DNA of 64,000 nt from positions 8,930,001-8,994,000 of the forward strand of contig CM052832.1 in the NCBI GenBank assembly GCA_028534125.1, in the 5' to 3' direction. The notes under the pieces are model-generated. The model worked only from the letters and a program-made list of their open reading frames with translations. It did not search any database and was not told where the DNA came from. The stretch comes from Lama glama. Its lineage: Eukaryota. Each line of letters opens with the position of its first letter. Position 1 is the first letter of the stretch. A program made the translations under genes and the position numbers. This document shows positions 23,148-35,500 of this stretch, piece by piece.

Positions 23148-25741
23148 TCAGTCTGTCCTCTTGAGCACGTGGATGAAATAGCAGGGAATGTAGGCCTGGC
23201 CTGGCTTGTAAGGCTTGAAGTCGCCCAGGATGCTGTGCTGACACTTGCCCCCGAAGGCTGTTTGAAGCAACTCCGTGAAGGATGCCAGACAGTGAGGGTA
23301 GTAGGAGAGCCGGAACTTACTGCAACAGAGCCCCCGACCAACCATGAGGACTGGTGGGCTCAGCACCCTTCCCCCCAACCCCTGCTTCATTCAGTGGGTA
23401 CCTCAAGCCAGGAGAACTGTCCTGGCCAGTCCCTGGCACCTGCACCGTGTAGTCCAGGGTCACCATGTGGGCCTTGTTGTTCACTGTCAGCACTGATGTC
23501 CTGATGTCCTTGGTCAGGTCACTCTGCAGGTGGTGGTAGCAGGCTGCATTAGCTTCTGCATCTACCGTGGGGCCAGGATCACACCTCCCACTCTGGTCCC
23601 TCCCTCCCTCAGGGGCCCCACCTTATAGTAGATGTTCTTTCCTGGAGGCGCGCAGCCTGTGCTGAGGATGTGGTCATAGTTGCGGTGATCGATGACCAGC
23701 ACGCCCCCTGATCGCACCATGCTTGCGATGTTCTTCAGTGCCAGCCGGTGCTCGCTCTGGTCCCCTGAACTCCAGGCAGGGGCAGAGAGGCTACGTCTGC
23801 CCAGAGCCCCCAGCACCAGTCTCCCTCCCATCTTTCTCATCCCCAGGGGTCTGGAAAGGATATAGTTTAAAGCAGGGTCTGTGCCCAGGGCCACACCCTC
23901 TCTCACCTTTGCAGTCTGGCAAGTGGGCAAAACTGTTTCCAAGGCAAATGACAGCATCAAAGCCACCCTCTGGTGGCTGAGGCACATCTTTTTCCAGAGT
24001 CAACCAGTTGGCTTCTTCAATGACTAGGGGCCGGGAAGATGACGAGGGATCAGGTACCAGCAGTACCCTCCACCACCAAGTGCGGTCCTGCCTCAATTTC
24101 CCCTTCAAGACACACACATCCAGTCTGGGGGAGTGGATCATTATGAACAAGACGGGTGAAGAGGAACAGGGGTCCAAGGAGGAGGAAGCCATGGTTACCA
24201 TGGGAAGGAGGGCTCTGTGCTTATGGGTTTTTACTCAGGGAGAGGGGGACAAGACACTACACGTAATTAAAACTAGCCCCTCATACTTGATACCTCATTC
24301 TGGTGCCTAAGCCTCCCATTTCAGGGAAATGACAGTAATTTTACTGTCCTCCTTGAGAAGAACAAAACACCCCACCACAGGAGCTAAGGGATCCCAGGGC
24401 AGAGAGAACTGTGTCCTTGGGGGCTGGGCTGAGGGGGCCTGACTGGACACATTTACCCCACTTGTCGAAGGAGGGCTCGTGCCGCCGGTTCCAGCGCTCT
24501 TTAAGTGCATACTTCAGCATCTTGTCACTGGCATCCACGCTTGTCACATTGAAGCCCTCTTCCACCAGCATGATGGAGTCCACCCTGGGCAGCACCAGGA
24601 AGGAGAGGCAGGGAGAGGCAGAGAGAGGCAGTCAGAGGGGCCTGGGAAGGCAAGGAGGAGGCCCTGTGCTGGACACTTCCGTCTCCTCAGCTCTTCAGAG
24701 TCCATTTCTCTGCTTCCTGTTCCCAGGCTCTCTCCACTGACCTCAAATGACCTGGCAAATCTATCACTTAGTGGCAACTTTTATATTTTAGCATCTATTC
24801 CAAGCCAAGCATACTAGAAATGTGCATTAATCCTCATGGCAATACATGGAGGTAGATGGTGTTATCCCCATTTGAGGAAGGGGACAAACTGAGGCTCCTG
24901 GAAATTCACTTGAGCACAGAAGGGCATGTAGCACGGTGGTTTAGAGCACAGGTCAGACCCTAACCAGCCTCGGTCTGCACTTCCTCTCCACCTTTACCTC
25001 TCCGAGGCCAAAGTTTTACAACTGTAAACGGGTATCACTACTTACCTCAGTTGGGTTTTGTGAGGATTTTAAAAACTGATGTTATCAGGAGCACCTGGCA
25101 CAGGGCTTTGGCGGGGCAAAAGTTGAACAAGTATTAACTGTTAATGCTGCCCAAGGCCATCACGCGAGGAATGAGAGGAGCGAAGATCTGACCTCAAAGC
25201 CTGGTCCTTGCGCCGCCCCCCAGGCGAATCCGCAGTGCCCACGCCCTTGCTCCCTCCCTGGGTCTCCTCGCGCTCTTCCTGCCGTCAGCCTCGCCCTGCC
25301 CGTTCTGCCTGGGCACTTTTTTCAGGCCCTGGCGTCGCGCCCCGGCCCGGCTCCGGGTCGGCAGAGGAGGCTGCCCCGACGTGCCTGCGTGGTCCCGCGA
25401 TCCGGCAGCCTGGGCCGAGCCGGTCTTGTCTCCCCCCATCCACCGCCAGCCCCCGGTTCCCCCGGCCCTCGCTAACCCCCGGCCTGCCCCGGCCGCCTGC
25501 TACCCCGGGTCCCGCTGTCCCCTGCCCCGACTCACCCGGTGCCGCAGGCCACGTCGAGCACCCGCTGACAGCCGTGCTGGCGCAGCAGCCCGAGCAGCCA
25601 GGCCTTGTACTCGGCAGTGCGGCTGCGAGTGTCCCCGATGTAGAGCTGCCACACGCGTGCTGCCTCTCCGTCCGCGTACTGGTCCGGGAGCCCTTCAGCC
25701 GCCACCCCCAGGGAGCGGGTCCGGTACACGCTGTCCACCAT
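23148..25741 (-). CDS. GNMT: Glycine N-methyltransferase, 6 exons, 295 aa
   Basis: Exons (minus): 25741-25536, 24584-24457, 24023-23907, 23764-23622, 23523-23402, 23319-23148. Total 888 nt, all GT-AG. Starts [20 protein letters not shown] motif [19 protein letters not shown]; ends HVLKRTD*. Confidence 0.98.
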
Positions 25742-25782
25742 CCTGCGACGAGCCTTGTTCCGCCGCCGCCTCCCGCTCGGCA

Positions 25783-25860
25783 TTTATAACACGGCCCCTG
25801 GCGGAGCGCCGGCGGCCCCACCTGCCCAATGGCAGGTGAGCGCGGGGGCACGCCCCTGCT
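25783..25860 (-). promoter_or_regulatory. GNMT core promoter: TATA box, CCAAT box, GC-rich
   Basis: TATAAA on - at 25788-25783, about 42 nt upstream of the ATG. CCAAT at 25826-25830. CpG island over exon 1. Confidence 0.75.
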
Positions 25861-28231
25861 GGGCTCCGGGCCCAGGGCCGCGGGGAGGGCACTGCTTGGC
25901 AATCCTGGACGAGTCCTTCCCACCCTCCTTAAGATCCGACCTCTGGACGATCCTACGGCGGGAAAGGACCCTCCCAGGCCCCTATCTACTTAACCCAGTG
26001 CGCAGGAGGACCCGGGAGGGGCCAGGAGAAGAAGGAGCTGTGAGATGGCCCGCTCCATCCCCTGTCCCAAGCTGGAAAGAAACTTCACAGTCCACAGAGA
26101 TGAGCGCCCAGGGCTGAACCGTCCACAGTGGAAAAAAGTCCAGCTGAAGGAGAGCCTGGCCAGCCAGGGAAGGGAAGAATGAGGAGTGTCTGGGGAAAGT
26201 GCTGGCCTGGTTTTCCAAGTCCAGGAGCAGTTCCCAAGGGATCATCCCTCTCACCTGGGGGCGGGGGGCAAGTGCTCTTCTGTCGTGGAAGTGATGCTTC
26301 AGGTTTTTCTGTGAGCCACCTGAGATGGAGTCTTGTTCCAACTCCTCTCCAACCAAGCGCACTTCTAAAGACCCACTGCTTTCCACGGAGGTGGCCACAG
26401 CGTAGGAAGTCCAGGGTCGGGGTGGGAGTGCTTGGTGCTCTTGCTATTATATTGCTCATTGTTACTTTATAAATTGGTCCTTTCATTTGGTTAGTATACA
26501 TCTACCCTTCCTCCTCAAAGCATAAAGTCTCTTCCTGGGGCAAGACCCTGGACTGAAGTGGATTCAGGAAGATGGTGCCACCCAGAGAAGCCCCAGACAG
26601 CAAGAACAGCCTTCCTCACCTGTCTTTGTTCTTCTGGCTTCAGAAAGGGCCAGTTATGGAGTTTGGAACAAAGAAACCTCCCCTCCCCTCATCTTTTATG
26701 ACCTATAGAATCCTGGAGCTGGAGGAATCCCAAAGATTTATAATCATTCTCACCTTTCTATTTTGGCACAGAGACAGTCTTGAATGGGCCATGCCCAAGT
26801 AATGGAGTCTCGTGTTCACACTGACCCCACAGACAGGTCTTTGGCAACAGGCTTAGAAAGACACTATACTGGGGAGTTTATAATATGATTTTTTAAAATA
26901 ATATGAATGCTGATGGCAAGTTTGGATTTTTAAAAACTCGTAAGTTGTGAATAGCTTCTAAATGCACTTTCCATTTCAAAGACAAGATTTTTGTTCTGAA
27001 GTTAATAATTATTTGATTTCTTTCTCATCCAGAAGCATTTTTTAAAAGTTGAGATCACAGTACACATGCAATTTCAAAGCACTTTTTCTTTCTTTTTCCA
27101 CTTTTAACTCTCAAAACCATGTTTTCTTCTCTTGGCCATAAATTACTTGGCATAAAGCATTTTTTGGCTACACTGAGTGGATGTGCTGCGACTTGTTTAA
27201 TCATTCCCCAAGCTCTGAACATTTAAAATGCTCCCACGATTTTTCAAGAGAGTGAACATGTGGATGACTATGATGAAATCATTCTCCAAACGGAATTTTT
27301 CTGTTAATTGATGCTGTCACCCAAAACAAATGTTTGTTTCAACTCTTCTCTACATGAAGATACTATTCATTGATATTTCAATGGGTAGAAAATTGTATCT
27401 AATTGTTGTAATCTTCTTTAATTACTACCAAAATGTACCAAGTAATTGCAGTCCTTCATCTCTAAATTGTCCACGTTCTTTGTCCACTGAAATATATCAA
27501 AACTGCCTTTTGTTTTACTCGATTAGTCCCTGTGAATTTTAGATAACCCAAATCTGAGGTCCTGGGCCATGGAAGGGAAGGTCACAGAATACATATCAAT
27601 TTATACTTTCACTTAGCTGAAAACAAGGATCGGTGGTATTTTTAATATGCAATGCTTATTATTTGTAATTGGCCGAAAAGACTAAATTCTGCATCCCCAA
27701 ATGTATATTTGCAAAAAAGATTCTAGGTTGGAAATAGGGCTGCAACCTGACAAACTCCAAGGCTATTCCTGTTTGAGGACACATTAAAATCTTAAAATTG
27801 TGAATTATGTATATGTATATTGACTACAAATGGCAGACATCCTGGCTATTTTTGTTTTGATTCAGAACAGGTAGAAATTCATTGTTCAGAGGAGGTATGC
27901 CCATTTCCAAACTCTAGTCCAAGCCCTTAGGAAAAACTCTTCTCTGCTGTTGAACACTGGGACGCTGTGGGTGGGGTGGGAAGCCGCCCACCAGCATAGA
28001 GTCTGCTAGCAGATTTATCACAATGGATCCTTTTTTGGCCTCTCAATATACCGTGAAAGACTTAATCTGCTTTAATAAAGTTCCATCAAGTGAGCGTAAA
28101 AGTGGTTCCTAAATTGATGGTTGTAACACAGATTGGTGGTGGCGACATTACCATTAAGCTTAGTGTTATCTATGAGAAGTCCACCAATGTGTGGAAAAGA
28201 GGTTCTCTTTGACCATTTCATACTTTGCTGA

Positions 28232-28304
28232 TTTTTTTTTTTCGGCAGGGTCGGTAATTAGGTTTCTTTCTTTTTATGGAGGTGCTGGGGATGGAAGCCA
28301 GGAC
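28232..28304 (-). mobile_element. 5'-truncated tRNA-Ala-derived SINE
   Basis: Reverse complement of the SINE 3' half (GGTAATTAGGTTT...GGAGGTGCTGGGGA) preceded by a T-run. Confidence 0.6.
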
Positions 28305-31300
28305 CACTCATTGAAACAGGTGACTTAGCAGATGGCTTCTTGATGAGATGAAGAATAAAATAGCAAGACCACTTTGGTGAGTATAATTCCTAACAAAATA
28401 ACATCCGGCTTTTTGAGTGTCTTGTTTTTTTCAGATTGAGAACCTTTTCTATTTTAGAGAAGTGATGAGGATAGATGTCGCCACCCTGGAGCTGGTGATG
28501 GGGTCAGCCCACTTCTCTGTCAATGTGCAACACCTCCCTGTAGAGAATCACAATCATCTTGGTGGGAGTTTAAGTTCTGTTGGCCAGTACAACCTTAATA
28601 AGTGGACGGTACACTTTAAAAGAAAGAATGAAGAAAACTGGATTCCTCTTAAAGAAATTGTGAAGAGAAGCCAGCCCTAGAGGGCAGTGTCAGGGTCAGC
28701 TGCTTTTAAACTATCCACAACTGTAAAGTGAAAAGGGAGAAAGACTTGAAGGTTAACTCACTCCCAACTGCATGTCCAACATGGAACTCTGAAGACATAA
28801 ATAGATTAGCGTGCCTTCTAGAAGAGAGCCACGTGGAGGAAAGATGGTCTGAGCCAACTGGCTGTGGCTGCAGGGTTCTACAGCATTGGGGTTATGCCCC
28901 AGGACACTGAAGCCATTCCACTGGGACTCACAACCTGGTTGGGCCACTTCCTAAATGTGTGACCTTGGGTAAGTTATTTAACCTTTCTGTGCTCTGTTCA
29001 TTCAACAGACAGTTATTAAGTGGCAACTCTGAGTGCTGGGGATACTGCAGTGAACAAAACAGACAAAAATCCCCATTCTTTTTGTAGAGCGTGTGTGTAG
29101 GGAGTGGGGGGTTCTGGGTGATGGTAACAATGTATCATGTGTGTGCTGGTGACTTCGGTGTTCAGATTGTAAAAATTAATTGAGCTGTACACCTATGTGG
29201 ACTTTCCTGTATTTTACTTTGAATCCACGGCCTTGTGAAGATCATTAAATATTAAGTGAGTTAACTATGTAAAACCACGTAGAGCTGTGCTTGCCACATA
29301 GTAACACACACTCAAAAAAGTGACTACTATTATTATTTCAGTGAAACTCCTTATAGCTCAAACTAGGGCATCAGGGGATGTTCAAGAGGGATTCAGCTGG
29401 CTCTGCTGCTAGGATTAGTACAGAGTCCTTCCATAAACCAGTTAGGTGTGGACCATGCATCTGTCACGAAAACATGTGCTTTTCTTTCAAGATCAAAAAA
29501 TGAGATGAATTTTGTTCGTACTTGTGACCTAAAGTGATTTAAGGCAGCTGTGAACATGTGGACAGGTTGTGCACTGCACAAATTCTCCATATTTAAGGGG
29601 CTTCAATGCAAATTGCAAAACTCATGAGCTTGTATATTTGTTATCATTTTCTGGCAGGAATTCTGGCAGTCAGGTGTCTTACTCTAACAAAACTTTTATT
29701 AAAATAACTTTCGGACAGATGGGAGTCAAAGGTGTGAAAAGCACCACTTTCTAACTTGCAAAAAGATGCTGCACATTAATACCGCCCAGGAACTTGGAAA
29801 TAAAGGGAGGAGCCAGACTCCTAGGAGCTCTCTCTTAAAACAAATACAGAGAGGTCCCAATGCAGCCACTTCTGAGACTACAGAGCCCCAGCACCTGAGA
29901 CTTATCACTGAACTGGAACAAACTGACAAACTGACCTTGAGGTTTGCCCATCGGCCTTTGTGGTTCTGGGTGATGCATGTCTCCAACAGGGAGAGAGATC
30001 CTCTCTGAGGTTCTGACAATTCGTGCCTCTGAGGACCAGATGTGGCTTCATTAGGCCTTGGCCCCTCTGAACACAAGACCCAAATTTTTCCTGGTGAAGT
30101 GGGTTCCACCTGGCCTCATCTTAAGACCCACATGGACTCCTGGATCTCCCACCCAGGAAGTCTGAGGGGAACCCCGACATCAGCATGTTTAACAAGCATC
30201 CAAGTGACTCTCATGTCCATGTGAGGGCAGGAAACCCTATTTTCATCAGGTTTCTAATAAGGGGATTGAAATCAGGTTCACTCAAGCTCAGACAGTACCC
30301 TCACCTCATCGAGGGAAGGGATGTGGGAAAGTGGGAGGCAATATTCAAGTTCAAAGAAGCCTGTGTGTGGTGGGGAAGCCAGATCCTGCCTTCTTTCTTT
30401 TCCAGGCTGGGCCAGGGAGAAGCTGCCTGCTGGGGTGGGTAGGTGGGGAGCTAGTGAGTGTGTAATATGTCTGGCCTTGTGGGGGGCGGGAGAGGGTGCT
30501 CATCATGCAGCCACAGGTCAAAGAGCAACACAGTCACAGAGCTGCCCGCCCTCTGGGCTGGTCCTTGGCCTGGGATTCGGCCCCTGGGCCAACACCCCAG
30601 GAAGGGGATAGGTCTTGCCTCATCCTACTCTAAGGACAGTGAAACTCTGGGGATGGAAGTAAGCCAGGCACTGAAGTGCTGTGGGTTAGTGATAGGATGA
30701 GGGAGTCAGACTGGCCATCAAACCCTAGACAGTCCTGGGTTCCAATGCCTGACCCCAGTTGTCTCCTGTGTTCAGAACAAAGTCCAGGACTGGAATCTCT
30801 GCCCATGGCCCCTTCAACAGCGGGTGGTATCAGCACTGGAGATGCGGAGGTGGGGGCCAGACCAAAAAGGATCATCCTCCAAGGGCCTGTTCTAAGCCTC
30901 ATAGGCCAGAGGAGAAGCAGCTTCCCAGTTTGCCCCACTCTCTATGGCCTTGGTGTCCCCACCTCGGGGAGGGAAAGAGGGACTGAGCCCAGGTTGAAGG
31001 GACCCCAGAGGCTCTTCTCTGGAAGCTGGAGTCTGGGACCCCTCAGCAGTGCTGGTCCTACCTGCTGGCCTCAGCGCAGGTGCTCCTGGGGATGTGGCAG
31101 CCCCTTCCGCCATTCTCACCTTCCAAGAAGCAACAGCTGCTTCCTATTTTCCTTTTAGAAGAGACTTGTTAGTGGGGGGGGGGGTTAAGGGTAAGAATCC
31201 AAACCAGTTCAATATGAACCACGTGGTCAGAGCCAGGTGTCGGCGGGGAAGGGGTCCTGCAGCAGCAGGATCCTGCGGATACAATGGACTGGTGCTCAAA

Positions 31301-32531
31301 GCCAGAGTCTGAGGGCAGGTCTACCACTACCAGCAGGAGGGCTTCAGGTGTATCCCTTGACTTGAGCCTCAGTTTCTCCTTCTACAAAATGGGGCTAACA
31401 GCTACCACCCAAGTGCACTGTTAGGGTTAAAGCACTAGCATCATCACCATTGCTACTGACGCCACTGATCTCTGCCCTCAGGACAAACTGGGGAGGTGCC
31501 TGAGCTTCCCACCCCTTCTCCCCAGAGGCCAGCCTTCCCGTTCCTCCCCTGCTCCTAGAGAACATGGTGTAACCAGCTGTTGTTGGGGGACTGGGGTGTC
31601 CTCCCTTCTAGGCTCCAGGCACAACAGTTAGGAAGTGCAGAGTGATCAGGTGTAGTCATCAGGGAACAAGGTTCAAGACCAACAGGCAGGGCCAGACAGA
31701 GGTGGAGGGCAGGGGCGGGAACCAGTATGGTCACTCGTGTACACTTTACACAACAAACAGGAAGACCTTGGGGGAGAGAGGAGAGGTGGGATGCAGGGAA
31801 GGAATGAGGGCAGCCAGGTGCCAGGGCACGAGTGAGGCCCCTCCCACCCTGGGGGGTTCAGTTAGGCCAAGTGCAGCTGAGGGGCAGGTCCCAGGCCCAA
31901 GCACTGTGCTCAGCCTCACCTCACATCCCGCCGCCCTCCCCACACCTGCTGTTCCCCACAGTCAGCCGGTTAGGCCTTAGTAATGAGAGGATGGGAATAG
32001 CCTCTCAACCTCATCCCCCACGGCTGGAAGGTGAGGAGCAGGAAGAGCCATAATGGGCTCTGGGCCCCTCTGAGGGGCTGAAGGGGACTCAGAAATTGGG
32101 ACGAAAAAGGCCAAATGGTTTTTACTCTGTGAGCCCTGGGGAGGGCTGGGCAGAGCACAAATGGTCCACAAGAGGGTGGGCAAAGGAGGAGCTGGGGGTC
32201 TCCGTCTTGCTTCCCAGTGCCAGGAGGAGTGAGGGGGTGACAGGCTCCAAGCTGCAGTCCTGGGGTCCAGCTCCGAACCCTGCCCACCCGAGTCCACGCT
32301 GAGTCCTCGGCAGTCCTGTCTGAAGCCTGTGTCAGGAGAGGGGCGCTCCGTGGGCAGAGGGAAGAGGACGGCCCGGGCCAGCTGCAGCTGATCTGAGTTC
32401 TTCCAGGGCTGGAGTCTGTCCGCGGCAGAAGAGGCACAGCCGAGGCAGGGAGGCCTGAGGCCAGAGCCATAGCCCAGACCCTTCTGCTTCCAGGTCAGCA
32501 GTCTTGGTCAGCAGGAGCCGCTGGGTTCAGC

Positions 32532-35500
32532 TCAGAGCTCATCAGGGGGGCTGTGTGTGAGGGGGGATGCCTTCTGGATGCCCTCGTCCTCCTCAGGGCT
32601 GGGGTCTCCCTCGAGGCCACCCAGCTCCTTCCTCTGTTTGCTGCTGTCGCCACCAGAGGTCTTGGCCCTGCTGCTCTTCTTCTTGGATTTCTTCCCGCCC
32701 AAGGCAGCTGTGTCCCCCTTCTTGCCAGACCACTGCTCTGCCAGGCAGCCTGGGTGAGAGGACAGACACCCTCAACAAGCTGGTCTGCTGGGTAAGGAGC
32801 ACTGACGGCGGAGCCACTGGGGATGTCTGGGCCTTTCCCACCTGTCCCATCAAGCTCCCTGAGGACAGAGATGCTACGATGCCCATTTCTTATTTCTTTT
32901 CCATTCTCTCCCTACCCGCCTCCCCCGAGGGGGAGCAGACAAAACGATCATACAACTGAGGCTGACAGCCCTCAGACTCACTGGTGTCCTTGCCCTTCAG
33001 CACGTGGTTGGCACAGAGAAACTGTGTCAGGTCCTCCTCCTGGTGGTTCCTGTACCAGTCCTCGATCACCTCCTCGAACTCCTCCACCAGTACATCGCAC
33101 TGTTAAATAATCACAACACCTCACACTGGCAAAGCCCTGGCACTGACTTCTCCTGGGGGAGCCCGGCCGAGCCTCACAACCCACTGCCGGACAGGGGGGT
33201 GGCTGTGATTCCCCTGAGGAGGCTGAAGCCAGAGGAGGTGAAATGACTTGACATGGTCCCCTGGCTCCTGATAGCCTTCTGCGGCCTCAGACCCATCCCC
33301 CTACCCAGTCCTGTGGGGCACAACTGCCTCCAAGGGCAGAGGGGCCCATACCTGCTTCTTGAGGTCGGCCACCTCGGCCGAGGTCTCGTTCCACAGCTCG
33401 TAAGGGATGTCCATCACCACCTTGACCCCTTTGTGCACCAGGTTGTGTAGCGTCTCAAAGGTCTCTGACATGCCCTGGAAGAGGGGACCGGACATGAGAG
33501 GCTGGAGAGAGGCACCTTTCCTCTCCCGGTGCTGCTGGAGGCCCAAGGACCTAGCTCGAAGTCAAGATCAAGACCCCCGATGGCTTCTCACACTTGATCT
33601 CCTCTCCCCTCTTTTAGGCCAGAGTCCCATAATCCCTCTACACACGTACTCTGTCCTTTCAAAAAGCTCTGATGTCACCCTCAGGCCCTTTGAACCAAAC
33701 TCCTTTTCCAGGAAATTAGTGTGTCCTGCTCTCTCCCCTCCCTGTGGTGGGCACACTCACTCCCCCACACCCATGCCCACCCCTGCTTCAGGTTCTTCCC
33801 CCGGCTTGTGTCTTTCCTTGGTGGGAAGATGGCACAGGCGAGGCAGGCAGGACTCTGGTTCTGTAGAAATACTTCTGCCAGCTAGCCTAGGTCTCCTCCC
33901 CAGAGACAACATACAGTCTATTTCCTCGTCTTTCTGGAGATAATGCGTGCACGCACACACAAATATATCCTCCTCGCCTCCACCCCCGCTTTTTGCAAAG
34001 CAGCAGTATAAATCATACAGATTATTCTGCACCTTGACTTTTAAATGGCTTAATAATATATTTTGGAGATGGTTTTAGTTCCATTCACAAATAGCTACCT
34101 TGTTCTTGGCTTCACAGTTGCATAATAGTCCACTGAATGGCCATATTAATTTATTTAACCACTCCCCTACTGGTGAATGTTTAGGTTGGTTCGGTTTTAT
34201 TTTATTTTATTTTATTTTTTGCTATGGAAAATAACTTTGAACATTTTTACATGAAAGTAAACAGATTTATTACTGAGTACAACATTAGTATAAAATTAAG
34301 AAAACCCAAGACTCTTGTGGCTTGAGACTATTCCTCTGGGTGTCCCAGAGGTTTCTGATGGAGCTCCTTTGCTAGAAGGGTACTTAGGCAGAGAAACGTG
34401 GGAGACGGCTCTCTTACCAGGCATGGAAGATGCGGAGACAAAGAAATATGAGTCTTGTTGCAAGAAAGCTCCTTTTCCAGGGAGAGAAGCATTCGTGAAC
34501 ACAGTAAGTGCATTAAATGTCATAAAGGCACCATGATGGAGGTCCAGGGAGGGGCCCTGTGGGCCCAAAGGAGTGACCAGGTAGTCACTACCCACCTCCA
34601 AGAGTCTCCTGACATCTCTCTAAACCCCTACAGCTCCGCACATCCTGAGTTCTCCCTGTGCAAGTGCTTAGGTCTTCACGGGGACTCCCACCTGGGAGCA
34701 TCTCTGCCTGAGGGTGAGGCAGGACCCGATGGGCAGGCCCAGGCCATCAGGAATGTGCCCATGGACACTGGAAAGTCAGCCACTCAGGAGGGCAGGGGTG
34801 CAAACAGCAATGGATGAAGATCGAGGAGAGGCCAAGGAGGGCAGCTCCGAGGGCACGATCCTCCAGCGGCACCCAGACCAGCAGCCTGGCCCCAGGGGGG
34901 AAGAAGGGCAGGCACAAACCCAACCTTGGCAAACCGGTTGCTGCCAGTCCTCTCCTTGTGCAGGCTGTAGTCCAGGAGCCGCTTGCAGATGGTCTCAGTG
35001 ACTTCGATTAACCGTAAGTCCCTGCCAAGACAGCAGCACAAGAGGGCCTGAGTCCCCCTCCTCGCCCCAGTGGGTTAGTGGTCCATCCCTCCAGCCCTAC
35101 TACCCCAGCGCCTGCGCATCTCACCAACGGGAAGTCAGGGCTGGAAGGAAGATAGGTCATCTGGTCTGGGGGCTCTGAAATGCTGGAACACAGACCAGAG
35201 AGATACAATTTTAACAGCTCTATGGGAAGGAATTTTTTTTAATAAAGCTAAATGATTCAGTAGTTTTTTTTTAATAAAGCAAAATGTGTTAAAATTTGAT
35301 GTTAAGCTATCATTTCATTTCGAAAGGATGATCATAGTTGATGGAAGTGTTTTTTGGTTTGTTTTTAATATTTATATCTGGCAAAATTAAAAGTTTTAGG
35401 CAATCCTATATTTTTAAACATTGGTCCATGAAATCCAAGAGTCTAGGGATCACTGAGAAGGTCCAACAGTCTTGCTTTTACAGATGAGGAATCTGAAGCC

